Under the pieces are notes generated by a model. It ran no database searches. It was not told the DNA's origin and saw only the letters and a program-made list of their open reading frames with translations. Made by a program: the position numbers and the translations under genes. Below are positions 13,079 to 24,253 of a stretch of DNA of 64,000 bases, piece after piece (positions within the stretch are counted from its first letter, which is position 1; the number at the start of each line of letters is the position of its first letter). The DNA comes from Lophium mytilinum (taxonomy: Eukaryota), in assembly GCA_010093605.1 (NCBI GenBank), contig MU004186.1, forward strand, positions 910,616 to 974,615, given 5' to 3'.

Positions 13079-14866
13079 GCTGGCAGTCGGGCGGGAACTG
13101 GAGGGTGCTGCTATGAGGTCGCCAGAGCGGAGGCGGGAGTCGGAAGAGGGCAAACGAGGGATGTTGTGGTCGGGCGCAAAGGGTCAAATTCCTTGGATAG
13201 CTAGCGGTTACAGCGGGCAACAAGCAGGCTCACAACTCGATGGTGGCAGCAATGGTCGTCCAAAAGGCGTCAGAGATGCAAGATGGCGCAGGTCGAGGAG
13301 AAGAGACTGAGACAGCGAGAGCAAGGGCGGGATTGCAGGTTGCTCCTTTCCAGAGATGGCGGACCAGGGTGCCGCGGGTGGTGAGGCCGTGCAGTCGGAG
13401 AAGGGGCTCGCGGGCAAACACGTGCTGGGAAACGACAGGGCACGAGGGAGCGAGCGACGGGGAGGTGGGGAAGCGGGAGAGACGGTATGTCGAGTAGGTA
13501 GGACAGCTCACAAAGCACACGAACAAAGCAGTGAATTGGGGTGCGGTTGAGCGAGCGACAGTGGGATTGAGTGCAGTATCAGCAAAGGACACAAAAATTG
13601 GCGGTCCCCTGGATGGAACGGGCTGGGAGATCTTGCTCGGCGAGGGCGAATCACGGGCCGGGGGCGTTGCAGAGGCGGCAAATCCGCAGGGCCACCAGCG
13701 CAGGACACAGGACCGATTGCTGGGGCCACTGGGCCAGCTAATTTTATCCGCCTATCCCCCCGAGCAAGCCAGCGAAGGCGCCCTGAACATGAGATCATCG
13801 CGACGAGAAGCTGCTGTTTCATCCCGAATTCGCATCGCTCAACCGCTATCCCGCGAAGCCGAGGGACCGTTGGGCCACAGTCACCTCTTCACGTCTTGCA
13901 CTCCACGCCGAAACAACCTGCTTCTGCCCGCATGCTCGCGACCGACATCCTGTTTCCAGCCTCGCTGCCCCTGAGCCGCACAGTGGAGCCTCGCTGACCG
14001 GTGGGGCCTGGTCAGCGGCGGCAGTTTGGAGGCCCGCATCAGTGCGTGAAAACAGACACCTCCAACATCACGCAGATATCACGGCGGTCCAGATTGAGAG
14101 GCCGCATGTGTTGTGTGTTGCCATGTCGCCACGCTTTGCTGTCCATGCACAGGATCCCCTCAATATGTCCGTTGCTGAGCCAAGGGGCCGAGAACTAGCA
14201 ACTCCCGAGAGCTCTGTAGCCAGCGAACGCTGCTAACCACTGTAGATTACGCGTACTGAGGCGGAGCTTTGTGCTTGCGGGTTATCTGTCGAGTGTTCCA
14301 GCACCGAACCCTCAACGCCGTTGTTTCTTGCTTCTGTGGGGAAACGGGTCTGCCGGAGTATCAAGCATTTCAACCCTGGTCCATCTGGAGCGTATCATGC
14401 TATCTCTGACTGGTGCCGTGGAAGTTGTGGACCCTTAAAATCTGACCGAGTTCTTCTGACCTGTTTATTTTCATCCATCAACCATAATTTCTCCCGCCAT
14501 AAAGCTCGAGTCAATTCACAGCTGGAGCCTTCAGCCCATAGAAACTAGTTCCAGTCATAGCTTGTATTACATACGTTTATATGTATCTCATGAGTCGTTG
14601 ATTTACAGCCACATGCCAGTTTCCAACTCTACTAGTGTGATTGGCTACAGCAACTCTCAGCTCAACCCTGCCTCAGCTCAAGACTTAATTCTCCGACCCA
14701 AACAGCACCACAAAGCTGATAGTCATGCTTAAGCCTGTTTTAAGTTCCCACTAATCGGGCGACTGCAATACTCCGGCTCAAGACTGATATCGAGTACCCA
14801 TCCTGCATGGAACTGGCAATTCACCATCTCGCACCCCAACGCCAATATCCCAAGCACTGTCCCTTC

Positions 14867-15584
14867 TCACGACTCCACCGCCAAAGCCTTCAACCCCACC
14901 AGTCTACCCTCCTTCGCATCCACACTAACAACATAGTACTCCGCCCTCGTACTCCCATGCTCCACCCTAAACACACCCACCTCCCCACTCCCAGCCTTCT
15001 TGACCGCATCCAAAACGCTCTTGTACTGGCCCTTGGGGTCAAACTCCTTCTCACCCACACTCTCGACCTCGTCATGCGACAGCAACTTCCCCAGCTCATC
15101 TGCAAACATTAGTACCCTAGATTGGGTCTATAGAAGAACGAGTCCACATACCAGCCGACGGCACCCCCTCCCCCGTATACTTCAAGCTCACAGGCTCAAA
15201 CGGCTCATCCGCGTCCGACACATAGTATTCCTGCACCTCCTCCAGCGCCTTGGGCACCGCCGTGTCCACCGCCTTAGCCCCAACCTTCTTCTTCGACTGC
15301 GTCGACGGCTTGCTCGAGCCCGTGTCTTGGTTCGCTTTGTCCAGGAAAGAGGCGTAGTCGGCGTCGGAGGACATGTTGAGGGCGGTTGTGGTGAAGGGGC
15401 GGGTGGTGAGGGTGGGTCTTAGGTTTAGGGATTTCCGTGTTGAAATGGAGGTGCGGGGGACGTGTAATTCGGCGCGGGCTCGAGTGAAGAGTTGGGATAG
15501 TGAGGGACAAGGTGGAGGTGGAGGTTTGTATAGCTGGCGTAGGCGCTGCAAGCTGCGGGACGCGGGCGGGGGGATCTTGGTCAT
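14867..15584 (-). CDS. Small conserved protein resembling nuclease A inhibitor (NuiA) fold; 2 exons; alternative ATG at 15374
   Basis: Intron 15100-15151 (GTATGT..CTAAT..CAG) joins MSSDADYASFLDKAN..YVSDADEPFEPV to ..VFRVEHGSTRAEYYVV..GRLVGLKALAVES*. The gene is well supported. The NuiA similarity is by eye. Confidence 0.75.
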
Positions 15585-15884
15585 GAAGGCTTATGACGCA
15601 GCGGCGGACGGCTGGTTTGCAGGTGTCACGATGTTTGTCGACCCGCGCTTGGTCACGGCACGTTCGCTGCAAGATCCGAAAGACAGACTTTGAAGGAGTT
15701 TGGATGAATTGACAGAAGAATGGCGTAATGCATGCTAGAAGCTTTCGTGATGCGATTCATTGCTTCGCCAGGGTCGGCGTCATTTGGTCACGTGATTTCC
15801 GGACAGGGGCTGAAGACATCAATACTGTAGAGTGTGGAATCATCTTTCAAGTCAGTGGGTATCATTCGAAAGATCTAGCATGCT

Positions 15885-16150
15885 AATTTGCAGGCCACGT
15901 CAATAACATGCTAAGATCAAGTCGAAATCGCACGGACTGGCTACAGTTTATACATCTCACGCCCTCAAAACCAACCTCTGTTGTCTGGCCTAATTCAGGG
16001 TGTCGTACTAAAGCCAGATGCAAATCGCACCAACTTCACGTCGGCCTATTTCTCATCCTGATTCAGAGGTCTTGCCAATAACATGCCAAAACCAGATCCA
16101 AATCACACAGACCGGCTCCCCCTCACATATATCACACCCTCAAAGCCAGC
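15885..16150 (+). repeat. Dispersed repeat family, locus 1 (two full copies plus a partial copy near 16005-16035)
   Basis: CAATAACATGCTAAGATCAAGTCGAAATCGCACGGACTGGCT (15901) and CAATAACATGCCAAAACCAGATCCAAATCACACAGACCGGCT (16076) align with each other and with the copies at 40.5-40.8 kb. Confidence 0.8.
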
Positions 16151-17082
16151 TCGATTCCTACAGTCCGCTCCAGCATACCATACCGTCAGCATATTCAGGT
16201 ATTCAAGATCACAGCCTAATAACTCAAAACAGCACAACCGAGGCCAAGGACGAGATCTCGGATTCCCGCCCTGCAAACCAGGCCTCCATGCATCGTCACT
16301 TCGATATACGCCAGGGCCCATCTCAGCCTTGCGAAAATCCGTCGAGGCCTACAAGGCTGCCTCCAGGCTCGCTGCGGCGATGACACCGATAGGCAGATCA
16401 TGGGAATGTCTTGGTTGCAGGAGGGTATTGATAAGACGTCCAACGGTGCTGTAGTGCTGAACTTTGTGTGGTTTTCGCTGTCTGGAAAGGCGTTAAGGCA
16501 GGGCTAAGGCATCAGGCGCAAAGCGGCTATCCGCGTCCAATCCTAGAGAAACTGGTTATAGGGGCAGGGAAGGCTCTGGAAACCTGGGTGGTAATCGACA
16601 GAGACATCATGCATGCTGCCTTCAGTGAGCAACACCGACAGGTCATTCCGAAGCCAGTGCAGATTACGCTCCGAAGCGGAGAAAACCGCATCACATGGCT
16701 AGGATCACGCGAGACCGACCAAAACCAAAAGACATTCATCGTAGAAATTAGAAATTGCACATTCGTATATCCTAGTCCTAATATAGAAAGAAAACAAAAG
16801 GAAGTAGTGGGGGGCGGATATCATTTTATGACAAAAACAATAGCAGACCGACAAAGACCACCCAAAACAACTGCATCATGCTTCCGCCCGGAAAGTCATC
16901 AAAACGTGGCCCACGGAGTCATGAGAGGGTAGTGGAAAAGAAAATCAGGTATGCAAAAAAGTAGTGACCAAAATGCTCAAGAGGACCCATTTGCAGCAGT
17001 CCTGCTCGTATGATGTTGTCATAAGACTAGGTGTCGCTCGAACGCCTATCAGATCAGAAGCCGCAATTTGGAGCAAAGCAGT

Positions 17083-19952
17083 TTACTCGGCCGTCGTCGG
17101 TGCGTGCGACACTCCGTTTGTGGCAACACGCGGGCTCTCTCTTTCCGTCTTGGCGGGAATGGTACGCTTGTCGTCCTCAGGCCCATCGCTATAGTCTTCG
17201 TCCACTTCCATCTGGCGTGCCGCCGGCTCATGATGCTCGGGTCGTTCTTGTTTTGGCGTCTCGGCCATACGAGGCATTGGCTGGGGCATTGGTTGCGTGG
17301 CATTGATTGAAGGAAGTGAAGTTGGGTGATGAGCAGCCTCCGAAGGATGATAGCCGTCGTTCATGCGACGCATATCTGGGTTGTCTTGGGGACTGTGTCT
17401 CGGAGGAGACGACATCCTATGCTGAGGTGGCGAAGGACGTCTGCTGTGCGGCTCTTCCATCCGTTGGCGTTTCTCATCATTGGAAGGGGGCTTCTGGTTC
17501 AGAGGGCTCTCATCCTCCCACTCTCGGAGCCTCTTAGGAGGAACGGTAGGAGTCCGATCAGACCGGTCACGGGCCGCGGCTTCAGCTGCCGCGAGGGCAG
17601 ATGCTGGAGCTGGTGCACCGCTTGCAATCCCGCCTCCTGCTGACGGGTTGGCGTGGTGCTGGTATGGCTGCTGGGGGTAGTTACCACCTGCAGACGGGGG
17701 TCGGTTCTCAACAATCGGCCGTACTTCCGGGGGAGGGCTGTTGAGGCGGCCATAAGCTGGCAAAGGAGGTTGTGCAGGAGGGCCATTAAGATTAGTGGGA
17801 GGAGGTGGTGGTGGCGGTGGCACGCTGTTCTGAGCATGTGGCCCGTAATTTGGATTAGAGATACGATTCGGTGGCTGGTGCGGCTGGAGCTGGGACTGCG
17901 GAGGAGGTCCTTGGGGCGGCATTTGGGGAGGGCCATGGTACAAGCTTGGCGCAACATTGTGTGTCTTCGGCGAAGGAGACAATCCGCGGCGAGGAAGCGC
18001 AGGGGGGTTGGGGCGGGGAGGCTCCTGGTATTGCCTCAACGGCTCCTGTCTAGGGCTGACGGGCCGAGGCCTGTGCTGATTGGGAGGCTGGATGCTGTCT
18101 CGGTGGTCGTACGGATTGAGCTGCTGAGGGGGCAGCTGGGGATCACGGATCTGAGCAAGCGGACGCGTCCACTCGCCTGCGGCCAATGAAGGCGGAGGTC
18201 CTTGGGGTTGTTGCGATGGAGCCGGCGCACCCCATTGCACTCCAGGCGGCCCATTGACGGACGCGGGCTGGTAAGCCTGGGGATGGACGTCTTGTGGGAT
18301 TGGTTGGCTGTTTTGATTTGGAACGCCATTGGTGGCTTGGCCGCTCTGTAAAAGCTGCAAGCGAGCCTTGATGTGAATGTTCGTAGGGTCAAGGTCAGCG
18401 GCACGCTGGTAGGCGTCAAGCGCATCGGCGGTCTGGTTGTTGCAGGATTCGTACTAGGCACACGTTAAACAACAGCCCCTCGAAGATCCAGGGATGGAGC
18501 AAACTTACTAGAGTGCCAAGATCATACCAAACCTCAGATATATTCGGGTTCAGGCGAATCGCACGGGAGTACGCGTCAAGCGCGTCCCGATACTGGTTGA
18601 TCTGATAATAAAGCACTCCGATTGAGCACCAGAATGTCGGGTTCCTCCCGTCGCGGTAGACCGCCTGCTGGTAGGCCTCGTACGCCTTGGGGTACTTCTG
18701 CTGCGACATGTAACAGCGGCCTAGCAGATACCAGCTCTGTGCATCGTTCTGGTCTGGTGCCAAATAGTCAGCCATCAGCGCATAACAAATCGGTGCGGGG
18801 GGCACATACCGGAGTTGACCGATTTCTCGAGATATTCAATTGCTTGCTCCTGGCTGCTGTAGTTTGTGCTCTGCTGATGATGCAGCCAGCCAAGCTGCTG
18901 GAGGACCTTTGCATGAGCTGGGTCACGATCAAGAACTCGTCGGTAGGCTGCCTTTGCAGAATCGTACTGGAATCATGTTAGCAGAATCACTTGAGGACAG
19001 AGATATGAAACTTACATCTTTCTGTTGTTCATATACGTGTCCGATCTGAAACCAGATGTCCTCTTCCGTCAAAGGCCGAGGTGGATTCGTGACAATGTAC
19101 TGGAAGCACTGCAACAAAATTAGCACGTCTGACGATCTTGGTGTCAGCTACAGATAAGCATACCTCTAAGCTCTGTTGGAATTTTTGTTGTTGTTTATAA
19201 ATTATCCCGAGACGGAAGTAAATCTCGTTTGCCTTTTCGAAATTGGGCTCCATACGCATGACTTGCGAAAAAGCCTCTTCGGCATGCTCGAGCGACCCAT
19301 ACCGATCGTACAAAATGCCAATCCCGTACCACAGTTTTGGTTCCTAATCGTTGCTATCAGCACAGAGTCGCGTATTGGTTGGAGGCTTCATGGTTTACCT
19401 TTGGGTCGGTCAGATGGTACAGCGCTTGCTGGTATGCCGAGTAGGCTTGCTGCAAGTCGTCCATCATAAGGTAACAATGGCCTGAAGAGGTACATGGTCA
19501 ATTATTTGCATGGTCACGGGACGAGAGGGCGCATACCGAGGCTTCCCCAGATTTCGCCATTAGTAGACTCGACTTTAAGAATGGTGCGCAAATATTCCAC
19601 GGCATTGGGGAATTGGTCCTTCGTTCGGAGAATGCCAGCAATGCCACTCATCGCCGGCACTGACCACGCATTGTGCCGAAGCGCGTGCTCGTAGCATCCA
19701 ATCGCGCCGTCAAGGTCGTGCATCTGCTCAGACAACGAGCCTGGCGGCGTTAGGGGAGAGCGAGAACAACAAGGGGGTTTGTCACGTACCTATCTGCACC
19801 CAGAGCGACTCGTTGAGATTGCGCAGGTATTCCGACGCACTCTTCGGTGCCTGGCCTTGCAGCGGGCCATGGCCGTTGGGCTGCGCGTGGCCCGGTGGTC
19901 CATGGTGAGGCGGCATGCCCGTCGTAGGCGATGGGTGTTGGTGGCTTGCCAT
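17083..19952 (-). CDS. SSN6: General transcriptional corepressor Ssn6/Cyc8 (TPR protein), multi-exon
   Basis: Tandem TPRs including WYGIGILYDRYGSLEHAEEAF, DAQSWYLLGRCYM and RDGRNPTFWCSIGVLYYQINQYRDALDAYSRAIRLNP, followed by a Pro/Gln-rich C-terminus. Confidence 0.96.
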
Positions 19953-22900
19953 CTGATTGCAGGTCGAGACGTGTAATAGCCTCAAGTCAGATCAGACGAC
20001 CTTGACTGTCCTCAGCGAGATGGAGGCCGACAGTGGAGGCCGACAGTGGGCGGCGACGCGCGCAGAGGCAGTGTGGGCGAGTCCCAGCTATGTAGCAACA
20101 CACTGGGGGTTGATATAATTAGCCTGGTTGTCTTGCTTGGGATGGCATTGGGGGGTCCTGCGGGACCGTGGTTGACATACAGACTGAACAACGGGTCGGG
20201 AGCCAGCCAGCCGCAACAGCAACCCTGAACAGGAAACGGGTCGAATAAATAAACACAGAGTGTGAGGAGAGGGAGCGTAGGAGTGAACAGCGCGAGAGAG
20301 GGCTAGGGGGAGGGTGAATAGCAGCAGCAGCCCGGCGTCAGGAGTGTGAAGGAGAGGGTGAGGCTGGGCGGAGAGAGGAGCGCTGGAGCGAACGGGGGAA
20401 ACGAAGGCTCATCGCCCATCGCAGAATAAGTCCCCTAATCCACCACCAAGCTACTCCCCACCGCGTCGCGAGGGAAGAAAAGAGGGCCGTGGCGCTATAA
20501 TCCTTGCTCTGTGGCCCGATTCACATCCCGGCACCCATCCGCGGGCGTGCGTCCAGCCATCCCTGCGCCGTAGTTCCAGCCGCTTGGTGGTGTGGAGCGG
20601 CATTACTTTATGCGCCGATGGCCGTTTAGGGGGCTTGCATCTCCATGTCACGCAGGTACTTACTTGGGTATGTCCTCCGTCCATCGCAACTTCGATAGAA
20701 GACGCATTGAGCTGCTGCACATCTCCGCATCGCCCAACTCAGTAGTTCATGATCCTCTCTATATTTACGAAGAAGTACCAAAGGAATCCCAACAGCGCTC
20801 GCCAGCTGCAGCGCACCCTACTAGGGACTCTGGTGAGTTTATAGCAAGATGGTTGGGATAGTTCGAGCTGATGTGTGCGAAAGACGACAAGCTGGAGAGC
20901 TCTTGGCGAGGACAGCGAACAGCGAACCGCGACCCGCGAACCGCGAAGTTCAACTCTTTGTTCTATCACAATGACGTTGGTCGATGTGTTCTCGAATCTC
21001 AACGACCCCTGGACCCTGGACCGAGTAAACTGCGTTGCACTAGCGGGTACACATCACGTGCTGTCCTCATGCACGGTCAGCCAACATCCAGCCTCTTCCC
21101 TGCGTCCTCGTCTCGTCTCGTCACTCTTGTCGCCCTTTGCTTCACGCCTCGGAGCCCTCCAAACGCCTTGACGGCCTGCAGCCTACTGCGCCTCTAGTAT
21201 TACTCCGAACGGCCCTGTCACTCCTTTCCATCGTCGACGACCCTGGACCGCACGACACGGTAGCCCGCCGGTGCAGACACAGCACTTTGCGTGCCGTCTA
21301 TCGCGCCTTGGTCTCCCCAGACGGCTGCCGTGATGGCGCCTGGGGAGCTTTCCCTGGGCGATGGCGTGCGCCGCATCTGTCCGCGCCGGCCAGGTGTCAC
21401 GCTGCCTCTCCGCCCGCTTGAGGCAGTTCTGCCGGGCCAAACGCACTGGTCTGTCAGACGCGATGATCTCTATGCGGGTGCTGCGCGGGGCTCATTTAGT
21501 TGAGGTGGAGGCTGGTTGATAACTGGCCTGCCAGTCAGAATCGGGAAGCGCCTTACGGGGCGATCAGCTACCGCCCGCCATGCCAGCGAAGCCCTGTCAT
21601 CTTGTCATCTCTCCGGTCCTGGTTGCGCTCTTCTAGGCCCCAAATTGGTCGTTTTTCTTCTTCGCGCCGGCTCGTGTGATAGCCACCCCTGGCTGGAGCA
21701 CTACGACGGTGGCAACGAAGAGACAGCGACGCCAGCGAACGCCCCCTCCGCAGCGCCTGCAGTCGCCCATGCCCATGCCCTTATCCTGCCGCTGGTCGGG
21801 CCTTGCGCCGGCATGCACGGTGCGTCTTGTCGGCGCGAGTCGTCCGCGGGAGGCCGCTGCCACACTGCTGCAGTGAGTGGGTGGGGGCGCCGCGAGGAGT
21901 CGCTGCGCCGGTGCTCATGTCTGACGATGTGGATCTGCATCTCTTTCTCCACACAGCTCCGTCGCCTTCTTCCGGGTGGACGCTGCAGTGCGCCCACGAC
22001 GTGACGCAAATGTCGCTCCGCTTCCCGCCCGCCGGCAGCCGTGTTACAGTACTACCCACGCGCAGCCCGGTGCGACCTTGCTGCCTTTCTGCCCGCGGCG
22101 TCGCCTTGCTTGTCCAGGAGGGCTGCTGGATCTCTGCACGTTGGTGCACACACAGCCAAGCGGCACGTACCAGGCGTACCTGGCTTCGAACGGCGGCCCT
22201 GGCGTGCGATTTGCGGAACGGTTTGTCTTAGCCAAGCACGCCCGCACTGACTCGGCAGCCGGCCAGCGAACAACTGGAACGAAAAGGAGACCGGCCGGAG
22301 CCCTGGCTTTGGGGATGGGCCCTCTTTTCCACCATCCACCACCACACATCCACACATCCTGCATCCACCACAGGCCGCCTGAAACGAGATGGCTGACCGC
22401 GCCACAAGTGGGCCCGACTGGAATGCGCGTCATCCGCCTGCTTGCGCGATTGCGGTCACGACACCAGGACGAAATAGCATACCAAAGACCTGCGACTGCA
22501 GACACGATATTGCGCGTGCTCATAACTCAGAGGCTCTTGCGCCTGCATTCCTGGCGGAGAGAATTCGGCAGCGTGGCGCACGTAGATTTAAGGTTACCTC
22601 TGGGCTTGGCGGGGATGGAGCGGATGCCGAGCACGTGCTGCGGGCGGGAAGGCCGATGGATTCTCGCTTGCCTCGGGGAAGTCGCAAGCCCAGCAGATCG
22701 GCGTTTCGAGGCCTCTGAGCGGTTTCATGGCCACAGCACTCCAAAATTGCACCCTTCCCACGCATGCTTGTCCCAACCCCGGGTACAGCTACATCTTGTC
22801 CTGATCTGTTCAAAGTGTCCCAGAGCACTCCATTATAACAATTTTGCTTGCAGTAGAGTGCGTTGCCAAGAGTATTCTGGTTTTGCTTCGGAGAGCCGCT

Positions 22901-24253
22901 CGTCAACCAAGTTTTGTCTAAAACCAACCACCCAGACGCTCTTCTGCTCGGGGAATGTAGTAAAACATAGGCTTGGCATAGCCGATATAGGTTATACCAT
23001 CGTCTAGAGTTGGTAGAACATTCAAAGGTAGATCGCCCACGGGAACAACCTTGCTCTGGAGCATTGCAGAGAACTTGTGGACGATATAAGGTTCGTCATG
23101 TCGTGGTTTAGCTGACATCAAAGCTGCCATTTCGCTCCGTTTTGACACTACATAGAGTGCTCCTACTCGTTATAGAGAAGTTAGGCATGGCGTTTTTTCG
23201 ACCTAAAAGTGACACCATGCTTCAAAACCTGCTTCGATATAGCAACCATAGCACCGAGCAAGTGCAACTTGACATCAAGCACAATTGTTAATATTGTTCG
23301 GAGCATCCTCACGTATCTTTTGACGCCGCCATGTCTCCTCTCACCCCTGTAATGGCATACGTACTCTCCTTCTCTCCGTCCCTAGCTCATTCCCTCTATT
23401 GCCTCCTACTTTGACAATCAATATATTCACACCTCTTCGCATCGACGAGCGTCTTTCTCAACTTTTAACTTCGTAAAATATTCTCACCGGAACGGGGCCC
23501 CAGAGTGCGTTTCCGCTTTCAAGATCTGCCGTATCATGCAGTCTTTTTAAAAAAGAATAAAAGCAGAAAGATGGAATCAGCCCCCCACGCCGTGAGTGCG
23601 ACAATCCAAAGCCGCCTCGTATCTTCCCACAAGCCATGCAGCAATAACTTGGAACCTGACTACATACCACAAACTTCGCCACTTTTCGCACACCAGTACG
23701 ATCGCCTCACTGTCCCAGGCACAATCCTAAGTGCTGGAAACCACAGTCGAGATTCAGCCTGGTAGAGGAGATTGGACGACATGCTTTGATCTCTCAGTCA
23801 TAGGCGCAGCAGGTGAGTCCGGTTAAGTCAACAAGGCAACTACGCAATTTTCGTATATTTCATGCATCAAGGTAGAGCTGTTTATTCTCAGCTGGCCACT
23901 TCTTGTGGACTATCTGGTGTTGGTCGTAGAGTTTCCAAGGCTAAATTGTGCCGATGCCTTGTCGCCTACATCCACATCTGGCCAACCATCGGATGCCAAA
24001 AGACTGCGCATAGCCCCATGGCAGAGCTTCAGCCTCTCCACCGCTAGGTGGAATCGGGGCGCAGTGGAGTCGTAGCCTCATCGCTTTTCCGTAGTCGCGC
24101 TCCTACCTTTTAAGGTACTGCTGTCCAAGGTTTGAATGCTCATGTCTACGATTTTCGTTCCCTCCTTATCATAACGTTTACATAGCAACGCAGATATCTC
24201 CAAGAAAATTTGATTCAAGCACACGGCGGCGAGTCCGTGTTTCTTGAGCTCAA

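Noticed and set aside
21976..23007. 343-aa ORF and many overlapping ORFs at 21-23 kb
   Set aside because: GC-rich sequence open in several frames, Arg/Ala/Pro-rich translation, no motifs; treated as non-coding upstream region.
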